This document shows, piece after piece, positions 29,912 through 39,648 of a stretch of 64,000 nucleotides of DNA. The notes beneath the pieces were generated by a model, which saw nothing but the letters and a program-made list of their open reading frames with translations, ran no database searches and was not told where the DNA came from. Source of the DNA: Parcubacteria group bacterium (GTDB lineage Bacteria > Patescibacteriota > Minisyncoccia > Phycocordibacterales > Phycocordibacteraceae); the NCBI GenBank assembly GCA_028286605.1, contig JAQBRE010000002.1:124219-188218 (forward strand), given 5' to 3'. Position numbers and translations under genes: made by a program. Position 1 is the stretch's first letter, and each line of letters begins with the position of its first letter.

Positions 29912-30250
29912 ATGAAAGAATCATTCCCAACACGGGCTGAAATTCCTACCAAGACTCTGGCTGAGATGGCTATTCCGATTCAGGCGATGCTCGCACTACG
30001 CCTCTATCATCGTTTGCATCCTGAAGAACCCGTCGATGAGCTGCATCCGAATGAAGTCGATCGGAGCATTCGCGGGAAAGCGATGGAACTGTGGTTAGAC
30101 GAACAGGATGGCGAAGCGCTCTCCGCACGTTTCCGCACATATCTGGATGATTCTAATCACGGAGCAGAACCGGTTTCTCTTTCCGATACTTCTTCACTCG
30201 ACCATATCCTTGATGTGATTAGTGCAGATACCGACACGACATTCCACTAA
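29912..30250 (+). CDS. Hypothetical protein
   Basis: ORF with TAGAAT -10 box 6 nt upstream; no recognised motif. Confidence 0.6.
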   Translation: MKESFPTRAEIPTKTLAEMAIPIQAMLALRLYHRLHPEEPVDELHPNEVDRSIRGKAMELWLDEQDGEALSARFRTYLDDSNHGAEPVSLSDTSSLDHILDVISADTDTTFH

Positions 30251-30253
30251 TCT

Positions 30254-31123
30254 ATGCAGGCGTCGCGCGGCACGCTTGTGGTAGTAATCCTCACATTGCT
30301 CGCGATAAACGTATTTGTTTGGCAGACCGTACTTGCCCAGCATTCCAATACGCTACGCGTATCCATTCTTAATATCGGACAAGGAGATTCAATACTGGTT
30401 CAAGGGCCGACCGGGATACAGATGCTTATTGATGGCGGACCCGATCACTCGGTATTGCGCGAACTTCCACGAGAGATGGGTTTCCTGGATCGCTCGCTCA
30501 ATCTTATAGTCGAAACACATCCCGATAAGGACCATATTGCCGGCCTTGCCTATGTGCTGGATCAATACAGCGTTTCGTATTTCATGAGCCCAGGCATTCC
30601 AGATGACACGCAGACAGCTGCTGAAGTGAATGATGCCGTGGCGCATGAGCCAGGACTACAAGCATTCACTGCGCGACGCGGCATGCGTATTCACCTGGGC
30701 GGCGGAGCGTATGCAGATGTGCTGTATCCGGATCGCGATGTCTCGAAGCTGCCGACGAATGAAGGGTCCACCGTGATGCATATCGTGTACGGAAAAACAT
30801 CTTTCATGATGACGGGCGATCTGCCTTCGGATAAGGAAGAATATTTGGTCGGATTAGATAGTGCGGATAGTGAGTTGAAAAGCGATGTATTAAAAGCAGG
30901 TCATCATGGTTCGAAGAACTCCAGTAGCGATGCGTGGCTGGCTGCGGTGCACCCATCTATCGTTGCGATATCAGCAGGCAAGGGAAACAAATACGGACAT
31001 CCTAATCCTGATGCGATTGCGCGTATCAAGAACGAAGGTGCGCAAATCGCAACGACGATAGACTCGGGCACACTGGACTTCATCAGTGACGGATCCGTGA
31101 TACGCGAGAAGACGGAGAGATAA
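30254..31123 (+). CDS. Stand-alone ComEC/Rec2-type metallo-beta-lactamase domain protein
   Basis: N-terminal TM; GQGDS, THPDKDH, TGD, KAGHHGS, YGHP. Confidence 0.9.
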   Translation: MQASRGTLVVVILTLLAINVFVWQTVLAQHSNTLRVSILNIGQGDSILVQGPTGIQMLIDGGPDHSVLRELPREMGFLDRSLNLIVETHPDKDHIAGLAYVLDQYSVSYFMSPGIPDDTQTAAEVNDAVAHEPGLQAFTARRGMRIHLGGGAYADVLYPDRDVSKLPTNEGSTVMHIVYGKTSFMMTGDLPSDKEEYLVGLDSADSELKSDVLKAGHHGSKNSSSDAWLAAVHPSIVAISAGKGNKYGHPNPDAIARIKNEGAQIATTIDSGTLDFISDGSVIREKTER

Positions 31124-31162
31124 AAGAAAAGAGCGGCTCCGAAGGAGCCGCTCTTTTCTTTT
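31122..31162. terminator. Bidirectional terminator
   Basis: AAAAGAAAAGAGCGGCTCC-GAA-GGAGCCGCTCTTTTCTTTT. Confidence 0.85.
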
Positions 31163-31168
31163 AGTGGA

Positions 31169-31411
31169 TTAGATAATCCCTGCTTTCTTGAGTGTCGCGA
31201 ACGCGCCATTCTTCTTTATAGTGCGAAGAGCAGACGTGGAGATATCGATAAGGAAGCTCTGTCCGAGTTCAGGAACGAAAATGTTTCGCTTCTGAAGATT
31301 TGCGTGACGACGTACCTTTCCTGTCGGATTGAACTGAGTAGCACGCGTACGGTTAGAGTACCGTCCGCCTACCTGTGTCGTCTTTCCGGTGATTGCGCAG
31401 CTTCGTGCCAT
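31169..31411 (-). CDS. rpmB: 50S ribosomal protein L28
   Basis: MARSCAITGK, RR..NLQKR, IST.ALRTI.K.G. Confidence 0.9.
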   Translation of the reverse strand: MARSCAITGKTTQVGGRYSNRTRATQFNPTGKVRRHANLQKRNIFVPELGQSFLIDISTSALRTIKKNGAFATLKKAGII

Positions 31412-31442
31412 AGTTTCCGCATGGTACCATACCGCTTACCAT

Positions 31443-32096
31443 ATGCAACCAGACTCCACTCTCGCCATCTTCACTATTATCGTCCTTATCGGCTCGATAA
31501 TCATCCATGAAGTAGCACACGGGTACGCAGCCTATGCCTTAGGCGACCCTACGGCTAAGCTGGCTAAGCGTCTCACGCTGAACCCGCTCCGGCACATCGA
31601 TCCGGTAGGTTCTATTCTCCTGCCAGCCATTCTTGTGCTGACACATTCAGGATTCCTCTTCGGCTGGGCAAAGCCTGTTCCTTATAATCCCTATAATCTC
31701 AAGAATCAGCGGTGGGGTGAATCTATCGTTGCTGTTGCAGGTGTCGCTACCAACCTGTTGCTCGCCGTTATCTTCGGGCTTGTCGCGCGCTATGCATTTG
31801 CGAATGGCATGAGTGCGGTGGCAAACCTTTCCGGAATAATCGTTCTCATGAATCTGTATCTCGGTCTCTTCAATCTCATTCCGATTCCGCCGCTCGACGG
31901 CTACACCTTCCTGCGCGGCCTGCTTCCGCCGAAGAATGCTATGGCATTTCGTGAATTCGAAGATCGTCTGCGTCAGGGCGGTTTCATCACGCTCATCGTC
32001 GTACTGCTCGTATTCAGTTATTTCCTTTCAGCGCCATTCTCACTTTTTGTTTCGTGGTTGTTCACTCTTCTGGTAGGCGCAAGTGCGACACTATAG
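31443..32096 (+). CDS. Site-2 protease (M50 family)
   Basis: HEVAH, GDPTA...RLTLNPL.HID, NLIPIPPLDG. Confidence 0.93.
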   Translation: MQPDSTLAIFTIIVLIGSIIIHEVAHGYAAYALGDPTAKLAKRLTLNPLRHIDPVGSILLPAILVLTHSGFLFGWAKPVPYNPYNLKNQRWGESIVAVAGVATNLLLAVIFGLVARYAFANGMSAVANLSGIIVLMNLYLGLFNLIPIPPLDGYTFLRGLLPPKNAMAFREFEDRLRQGGFITLIVVLLVFSYFLSAPFSLFVSWLFTLLVGASATL

Positions 32097-32108
32097 TCAC
32101 ACACTTAT

Positions 32109-32741
32109 ATGGAACAAGAAGAACTGCTTTCGGAAAAAGAAACACAAGCAGTTATCGATTTGGGAAATCTTATACTGCAGTTCGCGCGTGTCGATCGAGG
32201 AACCTATCATCCTGACGGCGTAACGCCTGAATCGGACACGGACCACACGGTAATGCTTGGCATAATCGCCTGCGCCTTTGCAGACACCTTCGCACCGCAT
32301 CTGGATCGTGGAAAGATCGCGCAATTTGCGCTCGTGCATGATCTTGCAGAAGTGTATGCAGGAGATACGCTGACGCTCCGCACGCTTACCGAACAGCAGA
32401 AGAATGATAAGGATGAGCGAGAGCAAGAAGCCCTCAAGCGTATCAAGCGCGAATTCGATCCCGTCTTTCCATGGATCGGTATTACTATCGAGTCGTACGA
32501 ATCACTCGACACGCCTGAAGCGCGCTTCGTTAAGTTCGTCGACAAAGTCCTTCCGAAAATCACGCACACACTAAGCCATGGCGCGCGTCTTATGCAAAGC
32601 AGTGTCGGTAAAGAAGAAATGGAAGAGATGCACGCGCATCAATATGCAAGTATCGCTGCAAGCTATGGCTCTGATCAGGCTGAAGTACGAAGACTCTACG
32701 CATCACTTTCGTCGGCGGTGCGAAAAGCACTTTTCGAGTAA
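32109..32741 (+). CDS. HD-domain hydrolase (YfbR/HDDC2-like)
   Basis: ESD.DH, ALVHDLAEVYAGD, EARFVK.VDK. Confidence 0.88.
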   Translation: MEQEELLSEKETQAVIDLGNLILQFARVDRGTYHPDGVTPESDTDHTVMLGIIACAFADTFAPHLDRGKIAQFALVHDLAEVYAGDTLTLRTLTEQQKNDKDEREQEALKRIKREFDPVFPWIGITIESYESLDTPEARFVKFVDKVLPKITHTLSHGARLMQSSVGKEEMEEMHAHQYASIAASYGSDQAEVRRLYASLSSAVRKALFE

Positions 32742-32755
32742 GTGGTAATTATTTT

Positions 32756-35629
32756 CTAGTGCGGCAATTTAGTAAGGAGTCCTTGCAACTCTGCAGTTAG
32801 TGCGTTGAGCAGGGCACTGATCGTTTTCTTCGCTTTGGCAGTGAGCGGTTTTGTTTTCGGCGTTGCGATTTTCTTCGTCGTAGTCGCCACCTTTTTCACG
32901 ACAGGAACTTTAATAGGCTTGGGCGGAGTAAGTACTGATTTCGAATCATGGACACCTTTCGTGCGTATAACGAAGCTAGTTTTCGTTGAGCTAACAGAAC
33001 TTGAACCGGAACTTGGAACCGGACTGGAAGTTTCTGTGCTCAGCACGTTTGATAGTGGGGTGACTTCAACAGACGCTGCGCTGCCATCGGTAGAAACATC
33101 AATCTCGCTCGGCGTAGCGGGGCCGACAGGAATATCTTCGAAGGTAGAGGTGTCGGTGATGGTGTCATCAATAAGATGCTGCACATCAAGATCAACGGTG
33201 CCTGAATCATTGTTATCAAGCAACAGATGATACACGGCGCCGACGGGCATGAGCATGTATCCGGTGTCGCCGAATTGTCCCGCTTCGACATCCGGAATAC
33301 CCTGCACGATCGTGCCATCAGGATTCAATATGGTTGTTTGTCCGACGTCGTTCTTAAGCGCTGCATGTACGGAACCATGCAGCGTAAAGAGCAATTTTTT
33401 TCGTGTACTGATATTTTCAGGCGGTGTCGTTGTTATCCCATCGGGCAGCAGGTCTTGCAGCGTACCAGTGAGAATATTCTGAATGAGGTCCCGCAGTCCG
33501 CGCATTTCCAATAGATTTGAATGAACCGCGCCACCAAGTGGCTGGAGCGCAATCTTACTCGTGAGATTTATCCAGTATCGTTTTACATTTTCAGCGATCG
33601 GCATCATGAGTGCGCTTGGAATGGTAACGGTGTTGTCGCCATCTTCTACGAATTCTGGACGATAGCGCGGCACGTAGCCTCCTGGTGCAGATGCTTTTGC
33701 AGCTTCGTAATATTCGATACCTGAAAGCGTGTCAGCGCCCCAGCCAGCAACTTGATACACCTGCACTTGTGGCGGAGGAACCCAAGTATCAAGCTCTGCG
33801 TGCATCTCGTTCGCTGAACCGAGCAAGTTCGCGTTCAATATATTCGGCGTTGTAAGGTCCGCCGGTGCGGGTTTGGTGCGCCCTCCGTCTTGATTGGTCG
33901 CGAACTCTGTCTGCTCGTTTTCATTCTGAATGATAAAGCCATAGTTGTTGCGCTCTTTCGCGAATAGATGGTCAGCAGCGAATGCAACGATAGGATGCAA
34001 TGCATCTTTCACATCGTTGAAATACGTAAAGGAGGGAAGCAGGTCGTATGCCATCGGCATGTTTTCTGCGAGCGTTCGCGAAGTCGCTCGCGACGCATTC
34101 GATGCGCATAGCGAACCGAACACTTCCCATGCAGCGCACCAGTCTGCAGGAAGAGCTGAGCCGTATCCGTGGAGTGCACCGGCAAGGGCCTGGGGCGTGC
34201 CGCTTTGCGGCACGCCCACGAAGATCAGCGTATCAATCAGCGCAGCCGTATCTGCGTTACCAAGTTTCTGCATAAGTTTCTTCGCTACCAAGCCGCCATT
34301 CGAGTGCGCGATGATCGTCACCTTGCCTGTTTTAGAGGTTGCCGCGAGCGCACGCAGCGTTTGCTCTATATAAGGAGTGTCTGTGGCTTCTCCATAATCG
34401 ATACGTTCGCCGTGTTGCATGCCTTTGTCTACGAGGTCTTCAAGCGAAAGACGCCAGTCGTATGCGACCGATTTCCAATCGGTAATGGTGCCGGCATCTT
34501 TCAAACCATTCATCTGGTCTTCGAAGGAGCGGTAGAACTTGAACGGACCGACTGCATCGATCGTGTCGCCCTCTTTCGTGTACACATCGTGGATACTTTT
34601 ACCGTTCGTCTCAAGAGTGAGCTCAGTGAGATCTGTGTCTGATGATGGATCCCAAAGCTTACGTTCGACGCAATCCGTGACGGAAGGATCGCAATTATTC
34701 GTCGGCTCGTAGAGCCGGCTTCCTTCGATGCCTGGAAGGAACAGTACGTTCGACACAGCCCCTGAAGTACTTTTCGCACTCACTGTTTTTGGAATACGCA
34801 CTAATGGACTCATAGCCGTCGTGCTATTTCCTGCCCCGTCTATCACCGTAGCGGTCAGCTTTATAAAGGCTGCATCGGGAAGATGGAATTCCGTATTGCG
34901 ATCGAGCCAAATCTGTATAGGATCATCGGTGAATACTCCGACGCCTAAATCAGCGAGTGCCGTTCCGGCGTTTCTTGGTTTGAATGAACCGAGCACAGGA
35001 AACGCTGTGCCGTCTGCGGCATATAAGGTGTAGTTCACATCATTCACGAATGCCTTCGATGCACTGGGATCTATCACGCCGGATACGAGCATGAAATCTT
35101 CAAGCGCTGGTGTCGTGGTGGTATTCACGAAGGAGAGGGAATCGATACTGAATGTCGGTGGCGTATTGTCGAGACGGACATTCATACTTTCGTTCGAGCT
35201 TCTGCCAAGTGCGTCCGTAGCCGTAACAACTATATTTGCAGCACCTTCGGCATGCGTAGTAATGGTGACCTCGTTCGTGAGGTACATCTTATGCAGGGCA
35301 TCGCGCACAAAGAAGAGCGGCAGTGGTACTGGCTGGCTCACGCCGAGTTCGGAAAGGTCTGCCATTACGCTTGTGATCGGCGCATCGTCTGCAACCTCAA
35401 GGGAAATAGTCATGTGGTCACCAGCTTTAAATGCATCCTGCGCATTGCCGCCGAGCGAGGTTACATACCACGTTGGATAGGAAGCATTCATGCTCGTGAT
35501 GAACGGGTCGCCCGCAGCGGGCGGTGGGTCATCTGCTCGCACCGGCAAGCCGATTCCCCATAAGAATAAGGACAGAAGCAGCAAGAATGATAATGGAATG
35601 CGCCCGAGTGAGAGTAGGTTTGTGTTCAT
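32756..35629 (-). CDS. Large secreted alpha/beta-hydrolase (LCAT/lipase-like) with Ig-like N-terminal domains
   Basis: Signal peptide; FLPGIEGSRL, YDWRLS, IIAHSNGGL nucleophile elbow, DGDNTV; Ser/Thr/Lys-rich tail. Confidence 0.8.
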   Translation of the reverse strand: MNTNLLSLGRIPLSFLLLLSLFLWGIGLPVRADDPPPAAGDPFITSMNASYPTWYVTSLGGNAQDAFKAGDHMTISLEVADDAPITSVMADLSELGVSQPVPLPLFFVRDALHKMYLTNEVTITTHAEGAANIVVTATDALGRSSNESMNVRLDNTPPTFSIDSLSFVNTTTTPALEDFMLVSGVIDPSASKAFVNDVNYTLYAADGTAFPVLGSFKPRNAGTALADLGVGVFTDDPIQIWLDRNTEFHLPDAAFIKLTATVIDGAGNSTTAMSPLVRIPKTVSAKSTSGAVSNVLFLPGIEGSRLYEPTNNCDPSVTDCVERKLWDPSSDTDLTELTLETNGKSIHDVYTKEGDTIDAVGPFKFYRSFEDQMNGLKDAGTITDWKSVAYDWRLSLEDLVDKGMQHGERIDYGEATDTPYIEQTLRALAATSKTGKVTIIAHSNGGLVAKKLMQKLGNADTAALIDTLIFVGVPQSGTPQALAGALHGYGSALPADWCAAWEVFGSLCASNASRATSRTLAENMPMAYDLLPSFTYFNDVKDALHPIVAFAADHLFAKERNNYGFIIQNENEQTEFATNQDGGRTKPAPADLTTPNILNANLLGSANEMHAELDTWVPPPQVQVYQVAGWGADTLSGIEYYEAAKASAPGGYVPRYRPEFVEDGDNTVTIPSALMMPIAENVKRYWINLTSKIALQPLGGAVHSNLLEMRGLRDLIQNILTGTLQDLLPDGITTTPPENISTRKKLLFTLHGSVHAALKNDVGQTTILNPDGTIVQGIPDVEAGQFGDTGYMLMPVGAVYHLLLDNNDSGTVDLDVQHLIDDTITDTSTFEDIPVGPATPSEIDVSTDGSAASVEVTPLSNVLSTETSSPVPSSGSSSVSSTKTSFVIRTKGVHDSKSVLTPPKPIKVPVVKKVATTTKKIATPKTKPLTAKAKKTISALLNALTAELQGLLTKLPH

Positions 35630-35702
35630 ACTCCGGTACTTTACCTAAAAGGTGATAGGAGACCTTTAAAGACTTCCTAAAGTATTCCTGAAGACGGTTT
35701 GC

Positions 35703-35757
35703 TTGCATAAATGAGCCTGTTCTTATATAGTCTTCCTATCCCGCAGCGCGGGTTTTT
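35703..35757 (+). promoter_or_regulatory. rpsL promoter with mini-hairpin+U5 leader
   Basis: TTGCAT(35703)-17-TATAGT(35726); CCCGC-AGC-GCGGG-TTTTT. Confidence 0.6.
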
Positions 35758-35765
35758 CATTCCAA

Positions 35766-36176
35766 ATGGCTACCCTAAATCAGCTCACCAAGAAGGCACG
35801 CAAGCCTGTCGCCCGCAAAACGAAAGTTGTGGCTCTTGGTCGTGGTTTCAACGCGCTCAAGAATCGCCCTACGTTCTACCCCGCTCCGTTCAAGCGCGGC
35901 GTATGCACCAAGGTGACCACCAAGACTCCTCGCAAGCCTAACTCTGCTATCCGTAAGATTGCTCGCGTGCGCCTTACCAACGGTATGGAAGTTACGGCCT
36001 ACATCCCAGGCGAGGGTCACAACCTTCAGGAGCACTCGGTGGTCATGCTTCGCGGTGGCCGTGTGAAGGACATCGGCGTGCAGTACACGATCGTTCGCGG
36101 CCGTCTTGATACCGCTGGTATCGACAAGCGTCGCCGTGGCCGTTCTCGTTATGGTGCTAAGAAGCCGAAGGCTTAA
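35766..36176 (+). CDS. rpsL: 30S ribosomal protein S12
   Basis: [33 protein letters not shown]. Confidence 0.98.
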   Translation: MATLNQLTKKARKPVARKTKVVALGRGFNALKNRPTFYPAPFKRGVCTKVTTKTPRKPNSAIRKIARVRLTNGMEVTAYIPGEGHNLQEHSVVMLRGGRVKDIGVQYTIVRGRLDTAGIDKRRRGRSRYGAKKPKA

Positions 36177-36197
36177 GTTTTTACGTAATCTACTACT

Positions 36198-36662
36198 ATG
36201 CGCCAGCCCCTAAAAAACAAGCATCCACGCCGCCCGGACCTCGAGTACGGTTCTGAAGCTATTTCTCGCTTCATCAATACCGTCATGTGGGACGGAAAGA
36301 AGGATACTGCTCGTGCCGTCGTGTACGAGGCACTTAACAAAATTAAGGCTCAGGACCTCGATCCTCTCGAGACCTTCGAGACTGCTATCCGCAATGTTTC
36401 GCCGCTCATGGAAGTCCGTTCTCGCCGTGTGGGTGGTGCTAACTACCAGGTTCCTCGCGAAGTTCCCCAGCAGCGCCGCGTATCGCTCGCATACCGATGG
36501 CTCATCAATGCGGCTCGCGCTAAGAAGGGAAAGCCTATGGCAGACAAGCTCGCTGACGAGATCCTCCTCGCGGTAAAGAACGAAGGTTCAGCTATCAAGA
36601 AGAAGGACGACATGCATCGCATGGCAGACGCCAACAAGGCATTCGCTCACTTCGCTTGGTAA
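36198..36662 (+). CDS. rpsG: 30S ribosomal protein S7
   Basis: SRRVGGANYQVP, HRMADANKAFAHF. Confidence 0.98.
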   Translation: MRQPLKNKHPRRPDLEYGSEAISRFINTVMWDGKKDTARAVVYEALNKIKAQDLDPLETFETAIRNVSPLMEVRSRRVGGANYQVPREVPQQRRVSLAYRWLINAARAKKGKPMADKLADEILLAVKNEGSAIKKKDDMHRMADANKAFAHFAW

Positions 36663-36678
36663 TTTCAAAAGGATAGAT

Positions 36679-36720
36679 AAAAGAAAAGCGGCGCCTGTTC
36701 TGGGCGTCGCTTCTTTTTTG
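36679..36720. terminator. Bidirectional terminator after rpsG
   Basis: AAAAGAAAAGCGGCGCC-TGTTCTG-GGCGTCGCTTCTTTTTT. Confidence 0.8.
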
Positions 36721-36733
36721 TTCTTGCTGTGAG

Positions 36734-36985
36734 CTATCGCCTGACGATAGCGCCGCGTTTGCCGAATGCTTCGATAATTTTGCGTGATTGTTCCGGTGTC
36801 TCTGGTTTTTTCTGCCAGTACACATCAACTCCATCATGGATGTATATCAGCAGTATGCTGCAGACCGTCAGACCCGTCTTAAATTCCTTAGATTCAGGCG
36901 GTGGCAAGCTATGCGGAACCCGCATAAAACTATATTGACCTAAAAGATCCCCGTAGCCAGTCAGTTCTTCCGCTGATTCAGTCAT
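36734..36985 (-). CDS. Small hypothetical protein inserted between rpsG and fusA
   Basis: Minus-strand TTCTCA-17-TACTCT promoter and purine-rich GGGGAAGAG before the ATG at 36985. Confidence 0.5.
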   Translation of the reverse strand: MTESAEELTGYGDLLGQYSFMRVPHSLPPPESKEFKTGLTVCSILLIYIHDGVDVYWQKKPETPEQSRKIIEAFGKRGAIVRR

Positions 36986-37060
36986 CACTCTTCCCCGGTT
37001 ACTTCCAGCGGAAGAGTACCACCAGAGTAAGCACGTGAGAAGAGGGTATATCAATGATTC

Positions 37061-37116
37061 TTGCCTTTTCGTCTCCAAAAACGTATCTTATAGCTAACGG
37101 GCCTCCGGGCTTTTTC
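37061..37116 (+). promoter_or_regulatory. fusA promoter with mini-hairpin+U5 leader
   Basis: TTGCCT(37061)-17-TATCTT(37084); GGGCC-TCCG-GGCTT-TTTC. Confidence 0.55.
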
Positions 37117-37137
37117 ATTTATTACCTACCTATTTAT

Positions 37138-39285
37138 ATGAATCGCGATTATCCATTGGAAAAAGTGCGCAACTTCGGCATCGTAGCTCACGTGGACGCG
37201 GGCAAGACCACCACGTCTGAGCGCGTGCTCTTCTACACGGGCTCCCAGCACAAGATCGGAGAAGTGCATGACGGCGGCACCACGACCGACTGGATGGAAC
37301 AGGAGCGTGAGCGCGGTATCACCATTACCTCAGCTGCTATCACCTGTTTCTGGACTCGTACCGATCAGCCGGACAAGAAGGATCTTTCCAAGAAATATCG
37401 CTTCAACGTGATCGACACGCCAGGACACATCGACTTCACCGCAGAAGTGAAGCGCTCTATGCGCGTGCTCGACGGCGCGATCGTCGTATTCGATGGCGTT
37501 GCAGGTGTTGAACCGCAGTCCGAAACGAACTGGCGCTATGCAGACGAAGCAGGAGTGCCGCGCGTCTGTTTCATCAACAAGCTGGACCGCACCGGCGCAT
37601 CATTCGAGGATTCCTATAAGTCCATTCTTGAACGCCTTTCAAAGAAAGCAGTCCGTGCACAGATTCCTATGGGTGCAGAAGGCGACTTTGAAGGCGTCGT
37701 AGATCTCCTTTCTATGAAAGCGTTCACCTTCACGGGCAACATGGGTGAGGATGTTATCGAGGGAGAGATTCCTGCACAGTATCTTGATGAGGCTAAGAAG
37801 TATCACGCTGATCTCGTTGAGCGTATCGTCGAGAACGACGAAGCGCAGATGCAGGCATACCTCGAAGGAAACGAGCCATCACTCGAAGAGCTCAAGAAGA
37901 CGCTTCGAAAGGCAGTTATCGCAAACGAGATTTTCCCGGTATACACGGGATCAGCTCTTAAGAATAAGGGTGTGCAGCTCGTACTCGACGCCGTCGTTGA
38001 TTACCTTCCTTCACCGCTCGACCTCCCACCAGTTACGGGTATCAACCCTAAAACGGATGAGCCGGTTCAGCGCCAGCCATCAGACGACGAGCCATTCACC
38101 GCGCTCGCCTTCAAGCTTCAGACTGATCCGTTCGTCGGCGCACTGACCTTCTTCCGCGTATATGCAGGAACGGTTTCTGCAGGTTCGTACATTTATAACG
38201 CGAACACTGGAACGAAAGAGCGCATCGGTCGCATCGTCCGTCTTCAGGCAGACAAGCGTGAAGAAGTAGAGAAAGTATTCACCGGAGAGATCGCTGCATT
38301 CGTCGGTCTTAAGGATACGAAGACGTCGCATACGCTTTGCGATGAAGCACACCCGATCATTCTCGAGCAGATCGTCTTCCCTGAGCCAGTGGTTTCACTT
38401 CGCATCGAGCCGAAGACGAAAGCAGACCAGGAAAAGATGGGTATGGCGCTCAAGAAGCTTTCGGATGAAGATCCTACGTTCAAGATCACCTCTGATGAGG
38501 AAACATCCGAGACGATCATCGCAGGTATGGGCGAGCTTCACCTTGAAATCCTTGTGGATCGCATGCAGCGCGAGTTCAATGTCGGCGCGAACGTGGGTAA
38601 GCCGCAGGTGGCATATCGCGAGACCATCATGGGTACTGCTGATGTAGACAACAAGTACATCAAGCAGACAGGTGGAAAGGGTCAGTACGGCCACGTCAAG
38701 ATTCGCGTCAAGCATCTTGAGCCGGTTGATCCTGAAGCGAAGGTTTCGAAGAACGTTACGCGTGAAGATCATTTCGAGTTCATCAACAACATCAAGGGAG
38801 GTGTTATTCCGCAGGAATACATTCCGGCAGTGGAGAAGGGAATTCGCGAGTCACTCCATCGCGGTATCCTTGCCGGCTATCCTATCGTCGATATCTCGGT
38901 AGACCTCTACGATGGTTCGTATCATGACGTGGACTCTTCGGAAATCGCGTTCAAGATCGCTGCGTCGCAGGCATTCCAGGAGGCAGCGCTTAAGGCGAAG
39001 CCGGTTATCCTCGAACCTATCATGCGCGTTGAGGTCGTCGTGCCTGAGCAGTTTATGGGTGATATCACCGGTAACCTCTCAGGAAAGCGCGGCGCTATCG
39101 AAGGTATGGAAGAACGCGGCATGAACAAAGTGGTGAACGCGAAGGTTCCGCTTTCGGAAATGTTCGGCTACACCACGACGCTTCGTTCCATGACGGAAGG
39201 TCGCGGTTCTATGACTATGGAATTCGATCACTACGAAGTCGTGCCAAATAACGTGGCGCAGGACATCATCGCGAGCCGCAAGTAA
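37138..39285 (+). CDS. fusA: Elongation factor G
   Basis: AHVDAGKTT, ERERGITI, DTPGH, NKLD, GMGELHLE, YHDVDSSE. Confidence 0.98.
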   Translation: MNRDYPLEKVRNFGIVAHVDAGKTTTSERVLFYTGSQHKIGEVHDGGTTTDWMEQERERGITITSAAITCFWTRTDQPDKKDLSKKYRFNVIDTPGHIDFTAEVKRSMRVLDGAIVVFDGVAGVEPQSETNWRYADEAGVPRVCFINKLDRTGASFEDSYKSILERLSKKAVRAQIPMGAEGDFEGVVDLLSMKAFTFTGNMGEDVIEGEIPAQYLDEAKKYHADLVERIVENDEAQMQAYLEGNEPSLEELKKTLRKAVIANEIFPVYTGSALKNKGVQLVLDAVVDYLPSPLDLPPVTGINPKTDEPVQRQPSDDEPFTALAFKLQTDPFVGALTFFRVYAGTVSAGSYIYNANTGTKERIGRIVRLQADKREEVEKVFTGEIAAFVGLKDTKTSHTLCDEAHPIILEQIVFPEPVVSLRIEPKTKADQEKMGMALKKLSDEDPTFKITSDEETSETIIAGMGELHLEILVDRMQREFNVGANVGKPQVAYRETIMGTADVDNKYIKQTGGKGQYGHVKIRVKHLEPVDPEAKVSKNVTREDHFEFINNIKGGVIPQEYIPAVEKGIRESLHRGILAGYPIVDISVDLYDGSYHDVDSSEIAFKIAASQAFQEAALKAKPVILEPIMRVEVVVPEQFMGDITGNLSGKRGAIEGMEERGMNKVVNAKVPLSEMFGYTTTLRSMTEGRGSMTMEFDHYEVVPNNVAQDIIASRK

Positions 39286-39300
39286 TTTCTCATAAAGAGA

Positions 39301-39340
39301 AAAAGGAAAAGCCCGCACCCCTGGTGCGGGCTTTTCCTTT
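39301..39340. terminator. Terminator after fusA
   Basis: AAAGGAAAAGCCCGCACC-CCT-GGTGCGGGCTTTTCCTTT. Confidence 0.85.
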
Positions 39341-39381
39341 CATGCTACGATGCGGCCAGGAATGTACAGGGGAGATGCGTA

Positions 39382-39648
39382 ATGACGACCTATTCCTTCG
39401 AGACGATAACTACGGCCCAGGCACTGGCATTGGGTTTGCCAGGAAATGACGTCATGGTGTTCGCAGATACACGGGTTGAAGGATCCAATCTTAAAATTCA
39501 GGACTTCACGGGAGGAGGGAATGACATAATTTCCTGCACGAAACCGGATCAATATCCTTCGGAACGCCCGGGCCGTCATCAAAAGATGCCACAGGGTGGC
39601 AAGGGAAGTTTCAAGCATCAGACTCATAAGCGAGTCAGGTGGCGCTAG
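39382..39648 (+). CDS. Small hypothetical protein cassette between fusA and tuf
   Basis: TGcTACGAT extended -10, SD GGGGAG, terminator GAAGGGCGGCTC-TGC-GAGCCGCCCTTC. Confidence 0.55.
   Translation: MTTYSFETITTAQALALGLPGNDVMVFADTRVEGSNLKIQDFTGGGNDIISCTKPDQYPSERPGRHQKMPQGGKGSFKHQTHKRVRWR

Noticed and set aside
37054-37137. Extended N-termini in the ORF track (fusA, rplC, rplB, rplF, padR, map, pilins)
   Set aside because: The upstream extensions run through promoters or neighbouring genes, so starts were moved to ATGs consistent with homology.
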